A stretch of DNA of 64,000 nucleotides from Octopus sinensis (taxonomy: Eukaryota), in assembly GCF_006345805.1 (NCBI RefSeq), contig NC_043005.1:16616001-16680000 (forward strand), written 5' to 3'. The position numbers and the translations under genes were made by a program. Below, in pieces: positions 50,503 to 64,000 of the stretch. Position 1 is the stretch's first letter. Each line of letters starts with the position of its first letter. The notes beneath the pieces are model-generated. The model did no database searches, had not been told where the DNA came from, and saw nothing but the letters and a program-made list of their open reading frames with translations.

Positions 50503-51048
50503 GGTCGACGCTGCAAGAAGTGTTGTCTATTTATTTACGTGTTCTTCACGGTGGTGCCGTCAGTTATTATTAAAATAGTGATCTCTGTCGCCTAATGGAT
50601 TAACGGATTAACTCTCTGCAACAACCTGCCACCAAATGATTCTCTAAGTCCTACCTTACATCACAATCACCACAACCACCACCACCATATCGACAAACTG
50701 CAGTCTTGCGATGGATATGTCTGTTGCTGTTTTGGTTATCATTGTGGATTGTTATACATCGATACTGAAGATAAATAGCGTTATTTTGCAGACAAAAGAT
50801 TTTTTTTCGATTGTACTTGTAATGTACGAATTGATTTATATTTTATTTCTTTTCTGAAAATCCAAGCTTATCCAGTCTGACAGTTAGGCATTTACTCACT
50901 TAACCAAATGTACAATTACAAGATAAATTAAGAAGTCCAAGCTGATGAGATAACAGTTCACAATAATCCAAAGGGAAGTCCTCAAACGAATCCAATAAAT
51001 AGAAAGTGTCTTAAGGCCATTTCCGGGAATGTGCGTAAAAGTGTACAG
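50503..51048 (+). other. Candidate exon, no convincing ORF
   Basis: Branch-like TACTCAC, long polypyrimidine tract, ttttcAG|G acceptor, unique sequence, donor CAG|GTAAGA at 51049. Confidence 0.35.
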
Positions 51049-51697
51049 GTAAGACCTACACACTTTTGAACTTCGGTAATCTTCAGTAATCTTCGGTAAT
51101 GAAGACACTATGGAAGTGGCGGTAATTCCTTGTTAACGCACCTTATACACCGACCATCGCAACGCAATGTCTGCTACCTATTTGTGGCTTCAAGAAACCC
51201 GAATTTTGATTGGTGCTTGAAGAAAATTGACTCAAGAATTTTACTGTCACATCCAACTTTACAGTAACAAAGACTTGTACGGCACAAATGCCAGGATCCA
51301 AGACACGATGGTGAGAAACTATAAATGCTGCGCGATTCAAGTAAGAGGATCCATTTCCCACGTCGAATCATACACGTATATAAATGCGCATATTCTTTTA
51401 TTCGTTCGTTCTTTGACCTGTTTCACTTATTGCACCGCGGCCATGCTGGGGCACTGCTTTCAGGAGTTTAGTTGAACACATCGACCGCAACACGTAATCT
51501 TCGTACGTTTGGTGCTTAGTCTAGCGGTCTCTCTTACCGAACTGCATCGGTGTGGGGATACAAACAAACCCAAACTGGTTCAAGAGCGGTATGGGGGCAA
51601 ATAACGGTGCGCGCACACACGTACACATGCACTGCCCCCCCTTACCGCACACCCCACTCACACATGCATACACACATATACACGCACATGTATTTAT

Positions 51698-52500
51698 ACT
51701 TTTCTACTCTAGGCACAAGAACCGAAAGTTTTGGGGATGGATCCAGTCGATTAGATTGACCCCAGTATGCAACTGGTACTTAATTTATCGAATCCAAAAG
51801 GATGAAAGGCAAAGTTGACTTCGGCAGAATTTGAACTCAGAACATAAAGACAGCCAAAATACTGCTAAGCATTTTGCCCGGCATGCTAACGTTTCTTATT
51901 TCTTTATTGTCCACAAGGGGCTAAACATGGAGAGAGACAAATAAGGACAGACAAACGGATTAAGTCGATTACATCGACCCCAATGTGTAACTGGTACCTA
52001 ATTTATCGACACCGAAAGGATGAAAGGCAAAGTCGACCTCGGCGGAATTTGAACTCAGAACATAAAAACAGACGAAATACCTATTTCTTTACTACCCACA
52101 TGGGGCTAAACACAGAGAGGACAAACAAGGATAGACAAACGGATTAAGTCGATTATATCGACCCCAGTGTGTAACTGGTACTTATTTAATCAGCCCCGAA
52201 AGGATGAAAGGCAAAGTCGACCTCGGCGGAATTTGAACTCAAAATGTAGCGGCAAACGGAATACCTATTTCTTTACTACCCACAAGGGGCTAAACACAGA
52301 GAGGACAAACAAGGACAGACAAACGGATTAAGTCGATTATGTCGACCCCAGTGTGTAATTGTAGTTATTTAATCGACCCCGAAAGGATGAAAGGCAAAGT
52401 CGACCTCGGCGGAATTTGAACTCAGAACGTAACGAACGGCAGACGAAATACGGCTACGCATTTCGCCCGGCGTGCTAACGATTCTACCAGCTCGCGGCTT
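51698..52500 (-). mobile_element. Head-to-tail cluster of four SINE B units
   Basis: Tail-to-internal junctions at about 52262, 52080 and 51896. Confidence 0.9.
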
Positions 52501-52839
52501 TATTTATAGGACGAGCTTCCACACAATTTCTGCTTACCAGATCCACTCATTGGCCCAGGGCATAGTAGCAGGCATTTGGCCAACGTGCTGCACAGTTGGA
52601 GTGAACCCAAAACCACGTGGTCACAAATCGAACTTCTTAACCACACACCAGCCACGCCTCTGCCTGTGTACGTATATGCACGTAAACACGCGCAACTGAA
52701 TGGCTGTTGACTCTACTGAGTTCATCGACCCTTCGTTATTATCTAAAAAGAAAAGTTGCTCTTCAAGCAAACGTGGTGGAGTTGCCAGTTTGGTCGCCGA
52801 CTGTTCTGCAGGTCACACTAGCAGCAAGTACAAACACAC

Positions 52840-52894
<55 letters not shown>

Positions 52895-53231
52895 GCACAC
52901 TCACTCTCATACACTCACATACACACACACACATACACACACACTCTCTCTCTTTCACACACACAGCCTCACACAGACATACACACATACTCTCACACAG
53001 AGCCTCATGAAGACACACATATCACACGCTCTCTCTCTCTCTCTCTCTCACATACTCTCCCTCTCCCTCTCATACACACACCCTCACACATACATTTACA
53101 CACATACACACATCGAGGTCAGAGATCTGATAAACAATGACCTACAGTTTGTAACCATAAAGCCATGTTCTTGCATGTATCCGCGTGTTTGAACGACTTT
53201 ATGAACAAAATGAAAAACATACATAAAAGTG

Positions 53232-53393
53232 TCGGGCATGGCTGTGTGGTAAGAAGCTTGCTTCTCAACTCCATGGTTCCGGGTTCTAGTCCCACTACGT
53301 AGTACCTTGGGCAAGTGTCTTCTACTACAGCCTCACACCGAGCAAAGCCTTGTGAGTGGATTTGGTAGACCGTTACCAAATCCACTCACAAGG
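53232..53393 (+). mobile_element. SINE A 5' part ending in a 20-bp perfect foldback
   Basis: 53348-53367 is the exact reverse complement of 53374-53393. Confidence 0.85.
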
Positions 53394-54034
53394 TTCCAAG
53401 ATCACAGCTAAGGCTGGATCTAGGGATCTGTGTTAGGGTTCCACTATAGCAGGAATATCTTACATTAGAGGAAAACATCAAAACCAAAGTAGAACGAGGG
53501 CCGTCTGGGTAGGCAAGGTTGGCAGTGCATTCCCCGAATGAAATAGATCGTTAATAACATTTTCCTTTTATGGTAAAATATGCGCCTCATTCAATAAACT
53601 TATGAAGGTCACTCTGGTCTTTGGGCATAAAATGCAAAATATTTTATTTCATTTATTTATTTATTCTTTTGTAGATTAGGTAGGCATAATTCGCCCTTTC
53701 CTTTCAATCTCAGTATTAAAGCTACGCACAGAACTGTTGTAGTACACATGCTGCGTACACTCCTACGACAACGTTTTCTTTACGCGCAATAAGGCAGAGG
53801 TAAATCTGCCTCCAACTCAGTCGCACGCCTGTGTTTCGCATATCTTTTTCGTGTACTTACTACATAGACGTCACCAACTGCTACCCTGAGTAATACTTAC
53901 GGCACGTGCCTGATATCTGTGGCGTATGTATATTATATGTATATATATATATATAATATATATTATATATATCTATATATATATATATAATATATATAAC
54001 ATATTTATATATATATATATATATATCGCCTTAA

Positions 54035-54748
<714 letters not shown>

Positions 54749-54836
54749 TATACACGCACACAAGAGTGGGGAGACAAAGGAAAGAAGCGTGCTCAACGCA
54801 TTTATTGTTATTGGGAGCTACATGTATGGACCACAA

Positions 54837-54970
54837 CAGTCTGATTCAAATTCCTTGCTACTTAAATTTCCAAAGCATGATGTTGATCCTCAGTCATAGG
54901 AAGTTTCCAATGGCAGAGGATGAACATCAACCTTTGAAACATTAAGTAGAAAGGAATTTGAATCAGACTG
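54837..54970. repeat. 134-nt near-perfect foldback hairpin
   Basis: 54837-54891 pairs with 54916-54970 with a few mismatches; further GTCAT/ATGGC and GGAA/TTCC pairing in the centre. Confidence 0.85.
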
Positions 54971-55242
54971 CTTTGATCCATTCTTTTATTGTTTTATTCT
55001 TTTATTTGTTTCAGTCATTTTCACTGTGGCCATGCTGGAGCAGCACCTTAAAAGAGAATGTTTGCCGTTACGTTCTGAGTTCAAATTCCGCCGAGGTCGA
55101 CTTTGCCTTTCATCCATTTACGCACTGGGGTTGACGTAATCGACTTAATCCTTTTGTCTGTCCTTGTTAGTCCCCTCAATGTTTAGCCCCCTGTGAGCAA
55201 TAAAGAAATATGTGTGTGTGTGTGTGTGTCTACATATACACA

Positions 55243-55416
55243 TAGTGGCGTAGCTAGAGAGTGTGTGCCACATAGGGCAGTTCTTAAGTTTACTTCTCCC
55301 CTACGCTGGGCCCCCAAGTCTATACAGGCTCGTACAGCAGACTCAAAAGGGTCGCCGACATAAAAGCTTTACCTAGGTTTCACTGTCCGCATCTCCCCCT
55401 CTAATCTATGTCACTG
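55243..55416. mobile_element. hAT-like MITE, diverged
   Basis: Ends TAGTGGCGTAG / CTATGTCACTG; 8-bp flanks match at 6 of 8. Confidence 0.45.
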
Positions 55417-55477
55417 CATTCACATGTACATACATACGTAGATACATACATATATACATGTGTGTGTGTGTGTGTGC

Positions 55478-55537
<60 letters not shown>

Positions 55538-55678
55538 GTTTCTTTATTAGCCACACAGGGCTGAACACAGACGGGACAAATTACAAAGAAGAGCTTTTCT
55601 TTTGGGGGAGAAAAAAAAAGTGGGGTAGGTTTTCGATCAAAAGGGATCGTAAAAAAAAAGAAAAAAAGAATTAGAAAA

Positions 55679-55680
<2 letters not shown>
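55538..55680 (-). mobile_element. Short 3' fragment of the same Tx1-like LINE inside (GATA)n
   Basis: gtttctttattagccacacagggctg...cgatcaaaagggatcgtaaaaa matches 39724-39846; (GATA)n at 55479-55537 and 55680-55758. Confidence 0.85.
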
Positions 55681-55759
<79 letters not shown>

Positions 55760-56427
55760 GATTTATGCTTCTATATGTGTGAGGGTATATGTATTATGTA
55801 TGGATATATACATGTATGAATAGGTGTGTGCATATGTGTGTAAATAAGCGTGCATGTGCAAGCCTTTTTGTGGTTGTGCGTATGAGTATATGTGTGTGCG
55901 CATGCGTGCCTGTGTACGTATGTTGAGTGTGCTAACAGCAGAACAACAAGCCTATAGCCGTTCTGACGCCATTGAATGGTCCACACAATAAAACATAGAC
56001 GAGAACAGAACTAGGAAGACACAATTATTTTCCATTAAAATGTTATAGATGGCCTGTGTTAACTGTTTTAGCAAACCTGAATCATTGTTTAGTTGCTTTC
56101 AGTTATATTTCAGAGTGTAATTAGCCATGTTTTTATGGTCTGTTGTGTCAGGAAGTTTACATTAGACATAGAGCGGTAGCTTTGACGAAAATAAAGAGTC
56201 GACAATAAATGGTTTGCATTATTCGGATATTTTCGCTTTGACCGTTCTATGGTTACAATTGGTAATAAATAGAGGCGATATTCTTAGAAGGACGGATAGA
56301 ATGGAGATGTGACTGACTGTTAGCAGCAACAATAGCAAAAATAACGACAGTTAATAACGGTTTCAGATTTTGGCGTGAAGACAGCAGCTTCCGATCCATA
56401 TTGTCAAGTGGTACATCATTTTATCGA

Positions 56428-56662
56428 CGAAGGCGGCGAGCTGGCAGAAACGGTAGCACGCCGGGCGAAATGCGTAGCCGTATTTCGTCTGTCGTTACGC
56501 TGTGAGTTCAAATTCCGCCGAGGTCGACTTTGCCTTTCATCCTTTCGGGGTCGATAAATTAAGTACCGGTTACGCACTGGGGTCGATGGAATCGACTTAA
56601 TACCTATGTCTGTCCTTGTTTGTCCCATCTATGTTTAGCCCCTTGTGGGTAATAAAGAAATA
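56428..56662 (+). mobile_element. SINE family B, full length, 18-bp TSD
   Basis: GGTACATCATTTTATCGA at 56410-56427 and 56663-56680; target is an older antisense B copy. Confidence 0.92.
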
Positions 56663-56739
56663 GGTACATCATTTTATCGATCCCTGAGAGGATGAAACAC
56701 AAAGTTGACAATGGCGAGATTTGAACTTAGAAAGTACAG

Positions 56740-57135
56740 GGGTGGCTGTGTGCTAAGTAGCTTGCTTATAAACCATATGGTTCCGGGTTCAGTCCCACTG
56801 CGTGGCATCTTGAGCAAGTGTCTTCTGCTATAGCCTCGGGCAGACCAAAGCCTTGTGAGTGGATTTGGGAGACGGAAACTGAAAGAAGCCCATCGTGTAT
56901 GTGTGTGTGTATGTGTGTGTATGTGTGTGTGTGTGTGTGTGTGCGTGCGTGCGTGTGTGTGTGTTTGCCCCCTCCCCAACATCGTAACTTGGCGGTTCGG
57001 CAAAGTTATCGATAGAATAAGTACTAGAATTACAAAGAATAAGTCACGAGGTCGCCTTGCTCGACTAAAGGCGGTGCTCCAGCATGGCCGCAGTCAAATG
57101 ACTGAAATAAATAAAAGAATAACAGAATAAAAGAA
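56740..57135 (+). mobile_element. SINE family A, near full length
   Basis: Homology to family A. Confidence 0.85.
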
Positions 57136-57575
57136 TAATGAATAGGAGGAAATGCCGCTAAGCATTTTGTCCGACGCACTGACGATTCTGCTGTTAGAAA
57201 CAGCAGTCAGGAACTCTTTCAATGGACTAACAGAAGCAAAAGCAAAGAGGGGGAGAGAGAGGGGGAGGAGAGGAGGAAAAGAGAGAGGGGGAGAGAGAGA
57301 GGGAGGGAGAGAGGGAAAGAGAGGGAGAGAGAGAGATTGGAAACTGAGTTACTAGAAAAATTATTTTCTACTCTAGGCACAAGACCCGAAAATTTTTTTT
57401 GGAGGGGGAGAGGAGAGGGGCCAGCCGATTAGATCGCCCCTTCCCCAGTAAGCAACAGGTACTTAATTTATCGATCCCAAAAGGAGGTCATAGATCTGCT
57501 CTGCTCGATCCAGGTTGACCTGGGGCTAAAAGGACAATAGTAACGCCTACAATATAATCAGCAGCAGCAGCAACT

Positions 57576-57675
57576 NNNNNNNNNNNNNNNNNNNNNNNNN
57601 NNNNNNNNNNNNNNNNNNNNNNNNNNNNNNNNNNNNNNNNNNNNNNNNNNNNNNNNNNNNNNNNNNNNNNNNNNN
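57576..57675. other. Assembly gap
   Basis: 100 N. Confidence 1.
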
Positions 57676-57989
57676 GTCATTTGATTTGCTAGAAATAACA
57701 GCCAAATTTTCCACCCTCAAAACACCACATCTTTTAATCTTGAAAAATAGGGTCGACGTATTAGATAATGTGACCTGAATGTACACTGTCTTGAAAAAAA
57801 AGGACCGAATGGTTATCGAGAGAATGGTTTTTAACCACAAATTCACGTCGGTAAAAGTGATTTTGAGCTAAACAACAATAATAGCGACTGCACAGCCATA
57901 CCTGGTCTGAAGATTAAAATGGCTGCCACAGTGAGGTCACGTGACCATGGATATCATCACTATTAGCATCATGGAGACGGCATGGAACA

Positions 57990-58580
57990 GCTGCATGGCT
58001 GAGTATAGTTGTGTATGTGTGTATGTGTTCAGTATCTGTGTGTGTGCGTGTATGCGTGCGTGTACGTGTGCGCGTCCGTGTGCGTATGTACGTGTGTGTG
58101 TGTATATGTGAGTGCGTATGTGCATATGTACATTCAGTCTTTGTGTGTGCGTGTGAGTGTGCGTGTATTCGTGTGAGTACGTGTGCATGTGTGTAAGCAT
58201 GTATATGTGTGCGCGTGCACATGTGTGCGTATGTGCATGTATTTGTGTGTATGTGTGTGTGTCTATCTTATGTACATGTGTACGTATGTGTGTGTGTGTG
58301 TGTATTTTGTGTGTGTCTGAGTGTGTAGAATATGTATTTTAGCTTGTGCCTTGAGAGCATTCGGTGGTGTGTGTGTATGTGTGTGTGTTTATGTGTGTCT
58401 ATGTGTCTGCGTGTGTGTATACATGTATGTGTGTGTATGCATGTGTGGGTGTGCGCGCGTGTGGGTGTGCGCGCGTGTGTGTGTGTTATATGTGTGAGTA
58501 TGTAGAGGGTGTATTTTAGTCTGTGTATGTTTTTATGCCCTGAAAGCATCCGTAAGTATGTGTGTGTGGTGTGTGTGCGT

Positions 58581-58618
<38 letters not shown>

Positions 58619-58899
58619 TTTGTGTGTGTGTAGATGTTGAATGTATGTGTTTATGTTTAAGTGTTAAATGCCAATCTCAACAGCCAAGTGGTGGAGGTGA
58701 TGGTGTTGGTGGTGGTAGTGATGGTGGTGGTGGTAGTGGTGGTGGTTGCAGTGCTGCTGATGATGATGATGATGCTGTTGCACCTAATAGTGTTGTTGCT
58801 GCTGCAGCTGGCGGTTCTAGTGGTGATATATACATTTAGACATGAACACCATATATATATATACATATATATGTATATATATATATGTATGTATGTATG

Positions 58900-58968
<69 letters not shown>

Positions 58969-59163
58969 ATATATTATATATATAATATATATATATATAG
59001 TATATTATATATAATATATATATATAATATATTATATATATATGTATATATAATAAATATATATTATATATATATATATGTATGTATATGCATATATATA
59101 TGTGTGTGTGTGTGTTTGTGTGAGTGTGTTGTGTGTGTGTGTGTGTGTGTGTGTGTTTGTGTT

Positions 59164-59239
<76 letters not shown>

Positions 59240-60440
59240 ATGCATAAGGAAGACGTAGAGAATTAAAGGAATGTGGAGGGAAAAGAAAATTTGTTGAAAG
59301 GTAATGTAAAATTGCAAGAAAATGAAATGGAAAATGCATTTGTACAAGATGTATCCCAACTGTATAAGGAAAATTACCCCGAAATATAAAAATATAAATT
59401 TCAAATTCTTCAAGTAATTGAGACAAGAATGGGACAAAATAAAATGGTGAAGAAAAACAGAATTTCATAAACGGGATCAAAGGAGTTAACCATGGGAAGG
59501 TAAAAAAAATTCAAAGTAAATGTTTAGAAGCGTGTCTCCTGAAACATATTAACTCAGACTTTTCATTGAAATAAAATGGAAAACTTCTCATTTAAGCATA
59601 AGTTTAAAACGCAAATTCAAAGAGATGGATTCATGCTTTTATAGCACTCCATTATATTTTAAACACTTTCGCGTTTGAGTTTATCACAAGCCAAATCGAC
59701 TTGGATAAACTTATCGAAGAATATTTTTTCGTACACTGGCAAATATAGCTTAGCTAGCTAAAGCACATCTTAAATTCGTTTTCATTCAAAGCGTAATAGG
59801 ACTTAAATACAGTTTTTGTGTGGCTACAGCATAATACGATAAACTACTACGTCGGAAGGCAAATACTGTTGAAAGGGCAATTGTTTGAAATAACAGTTAC
59901 ATGAAGGAGATACATACATACATACATACTACATACATACATACATACAAACATACATAACATACATACATACAACAACATACATACATCATACATACTA
60001 CATACATGCATACTACACATACTACATACATACATACAACATACATACATACATACATACAACAACATACAACAACATACATACACATACCAAATACTAC
60101 CTACATACATACCTACATACATACATACATACATACATACATACATACATACATACATACATACATACATACATACATACATTGTGTGTGTCTGAACAAA
60201 TTATAATCATCATGTTTTGTTTACAAACAATAACGTATGTATGTATGTATTTATGTATGTATATATATATATATATACACACAAATGTATGTACGTGTGT
60301 TTATGTGTGTATATATGTATCTATGTGCATTCATTTATATATTTATTTATGTGTGCATGCACACACACACACACACACACACGCACATACACGCACACAC
60401 ACACACACGCGCGCGCGCACACACACACACACACACACAT
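57990..60440. repeat. Extended low-complexity block (TG/CG/TA alternating, GGT/GAT, TA, TG, CATA)
   Basis: Direct inspection; short unique spacers between tracts. Confidence 0.9.
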
Positions 60441-62161
60441 ATATATCACTGCTGCAAAAAATATTCTCGTAGTACTGTGAGGCATTGGGGATTAAATATT
60501 TCATAAAAGATATATTTAAAAAAAAAAAAACAGATATTCTTAAACCAACTTTCAGACATCCAAAATATATCCAAAATTATTGATTGACTGACAACAATTG
60601 TGACTCTTTAAAGAAAAGGAGCGGGGTCTATACCCCAAGAGAGCTAGTGAATGCCTACATGCATAGATGTGTGTTTAAGAAGTTCATTTTACATCAATGA
60701 GGCGTCTGGTTCGCTCCTACTGAACGATACTATTGAAAACAGTTTTTTTTCCTACAACTCAGATTGACCAAAGCCTTGTGAATGAATATGGAAGCCTGTC
60801 TTATGAACCTTTGATTTTGGGGTGGCAGATTTTACCCGTCGTCCTGTTTAATACTGCTGTTTCGCCCTTGGGTGCCTCGAGAGGTGATAACTTCGTTATG
60901 AGGATAACTTTCTTTTGTCGTCCGACCTGTCTCGAAAGCCTTGGTTATAATAGATGTCTTTTTTTCTCTAAATGACAAATTTAAAAGAATAACATCCAAC
61001 TCCACCTCGCGACTTAGGAATATACCGTATCTCGTGAACAACACAAACATATCCTGTGCTGCGAAATTTATTCTTTTTTCAAAATATTGAATGTGTGACA
61101 GCAAAGAAACTGATTGAGCATTTTACAACGATCAGAGATGTTAATTTTAGTTGGCGCCAATGTATTTATAAATTTTTTAAAATACTTTACGAATCCCTTG
61201 TTGATAATTATTTAATTTATTTTTGGAATATTTATTCTTGCTATATTGAAATATATTTATTAAATTTAATAAACTATATGACATTTGTAAAAATTACAAC
61301 CTTCAACGTAGGATTGTAGGAACATACGAATCCAAACAACTCTAATTGCTGAAGAATGCAGTCGAAAAAAAACCGCTAAAATTTAAAATTACAGGTGGAA
61401 CTCCCCAATGCCTAACAAAATATTTAACTCCATTTTCCTCCTGAAACATTTCAACAAACGTTTTTCATTTAACAAACAAACTCAAAATTTAAAAAAAAAA
61501 AACTGAAAAAATAATTTTGTTTCACAAGGTAGCAGAATGGAGAATGGAATTTTGAATGAGAGAAATTGAAGATCTAATTTTTTAAATACCACCCAACTAT
61601 TGCATCAAGGCTAATGATGATTGGTTGCGAATTGAACAGCTTTCTGATCAGTCTTTTGTGCCTTATCGACACAAAAACCGTCATTTATCCATATCTCAGT
61701 GGTCTGCTATCGATTTTATTAAGTTGTTAACCGAAAACAATGGCACAGAAATATTTTCTCTTTATTTTGCTGTCTTCCATTTTTCTATGCCTTTATGGAG
61801 CATTTTTTTAAAAAATAATTCCCCTTTAGTGAGCTCTTTTGTCTTTCTTCCTTCTAATCCCTCACGCTCTACTTCCGGCGGCTTTCAATCACACTTTTAT
61901 TCATTTAAATTTTAATTCATTTAATATCATTATTTCTTACTTTTTATTTATTTATTACAATTATTATTTCACCCCCCCCCCTCATTCACTGTTTCTTATT
62001 CAAGCTCTTTTTAATCGCATCATCTATCTCTCTTTCTAATTCTTTTCTCTCTTACATTTTCACCCTCCCATGTTTCAGTTTTTACCGTTATATTTCTCCA
62101 TCTCTTTCTCTCTCTCTCTCTCTCTCTCCTCTCTCTCTTCCTCTCTCTCTTCCTCTCTCTC

Positions 62162-62195
<34 letters not shown>

Positions 62196-62623
62196 TCTCT
62201 CTCTTCCTCTCTCTCTTCCTCTCTCTCTCTCTCTCTCTTCTCCAACATTTTCTTGTTACATGCTTTTCTCTTTTTCCTCTTCCCTTCAGCAAACATAGAC
62301 GACAGCCAATGTGGTCGATTGCAGACAGCCGTAGAGGCGAGCGATTGACGGTGATATTGCTGATCATACCTACGGCCAAAGGCCTTCTAATCACTTCTAC
62401 TACTTCTCCTTGTTTTGTAATAATGTATCTAGTATGTTTTCCATCCTATTATCTGTGACAAAAGGGTGTAATTTCAGAAATATTTCGCTATTACAGGCAC
62501 ATCAATCAACCACGTAGAGACTCCTTAATTGTGTGTGTGTGTGTGTGTGTGTGTGTGGTGTATGTGTGTGTGTGGTGAATGTGTGTTTGTATGTGTGTTT
62601 GTGTGAGTGTGTGTGTGTATACA

Positions 62624-62671
<48 letters not shown>

Positions 62672-63031
62672 TTTTTTTGTTTCAGCCTTGAGGCTGCAGC
62701 CATGCTGGGACACTGCCATTGTAATCACCTCTTAAATGGCCAATTCTATAGGCTTGGCTTCTAGTGAACGAGCGAGTTCGACACCGCTGCCCTGTTTTGA
62801 GTTTCCTGCCTTGATATTGGCTCATCTGGGATCTTGGATAGTAAGAGGTAAAGTTACCGTCTATATGATGACTTAACTGGCTATAACTTGGGAATCACTG
62901 TCAACGACACTTTTCTATAATAAATTTATGCACAACAGAAGTATAGACTAACCCATCATGTTAATGTAAAATTGTTTTTATCATAACTGAACATAAAAAC
63001 AAATACTATCATCAATATATATATATATATA

Positions 63032-63300
63032 TTCTTTTATTCTTTTATTCTTTTATTCTTTTACTTGTTTCAGTCATTTGACTGCGGTCATGTCTGAAGC
63101 ACTGCCATTAGTCAAACAAATCGTCCCCAGGACTTATTCTTTGTAAGCTTAGTACTTACTCTAAGTACTAAGCTTTTTGCCGAACCGCTAAGTTGCGGGG
63201 ACGTGAAGACACCAACATCGGTTGTCAAGTGATGGTGGGGAAACAAACACAGATACACAGACATACACGCACACACACGCGCACACACACGCACACACGC
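63032..63300 (-). mobile_element. SINE family A, 3' half
   Basis: Homology to family A; tail expanded as (AATAAAAG)n. Confidence 0.85.
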
Positions 63301-63331
63301 GCACATGCACACACACACACATACTAATACA

Positions 63332-63396
<65 letters not shown>

Positions 63397-64000
63397 AGCT
63401 GACCTACCTGGTGATTCCTGGAAAAGCGGGACTTTTCCCCTGGTTCTGTTCTCATAATTGTTTCGCTAATCCAATGAGAACAATACAAAGTATGTATCCC
63501 TTAAAACAGTTTTTGTGCATTTACAGAGAATACCGAACTGTCTTACACAGGATCTTATTTTTAGGAATTCCCAATATGAATACCAAAATTAGTTACCCGA
63601 TAGTAAGAATTCAAATAAAGTAGCCCCGAAAAGGGCTTTAATGAGTTCCCAGAGTATATAGAACTTAGGTGAAAATACCAATAAGGTATGTATACTAAAA
63701 TCGTGAAGCTTATTACATAATAACACGCTAATCAGATATGAGATAATAACAATTCAAAGTAAATAACTCTGAAAAGGGATTTTGTGCATACCCAGAGAAT
63801 ATTACCCTCAAGGGCGCTAGTGTTGAAATAGATTTACAACGAATGTAGAAACAGCTGATATTTAGTTTTACAGTAGACATACAAATAAATTTGTATGTAG
63901 ATTTTAAAATAAGATTCAGAAATACGTTTCGAGCATTGTCTTCTGTGAAATATACACGCTGGCCATTTTCAAGATGTACAGATAGAATCTAAAAAGGCGT

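Noticed and set aside
60600-61320. Unique-looking stretch with several 80-90 aa ORFs
   Set aside because: No recognisable domain or splice pair; ORF lengths are within chance expectation.
62289-62430. Acceptor after the CT tract and a possible short exon (NIDDSQCGRLQTAVEASD*)
   Set aside because: The pyrimidine tract is a microsatellite, the donor is weak and there is no recognisable protein.
63916-63953. Minus-strand gctcgaaacgta similar to the H1/H2 motif
   Set aside because: The 5' core and both stems are absent.

Overview
AT-rich, repeat-saturated animal genomic DNA with two 100-N gaps. The SINE and microsatellite landscape looks like a coleoid cephalopod, probably Octopus; that is an inference from repeat recognition, not a search. 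I cannot support any intact host protein-coding gene. Nearly all ORFs in the track are microsatellite or SINE read-throughs, and the real coding signal is transposon debris: a Tx1/L1-clade LINE, RTE LINE 3' ends, RLE-type (R4/Dong-like) LINE pieces, a Tc1/mariner deletion derivative and a Gypsy integrase tail. Also present are Helitrons, several MITEs, at least four tRNA-derived SINE families, and a few candidate non-coding exons around a possible divergent promoter near 14.7 kb. Most interesting: (1) several distinct small elements abutting (TA)n carry type I hammerhead ribozyme motifs, including an intact minimal dimer-type copy (10505-10539), a family-wide A6U core variant with covarying stem I, and a canonical-core copy with an 86-nt stem II (26622-26732), i.e. 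a Penelope/retrozyme-like set; (2) apparent partitioning of microsatellite targets among retroelements, with Tx1 in (GATA)n, a Dong-like element in (TAA)n and the hammerhead elements in (TA)n, while an RTE LINE tail supplies (GATA)n; (3) a SINE that repeatedly inserts at GGTA, often inside its own copies.
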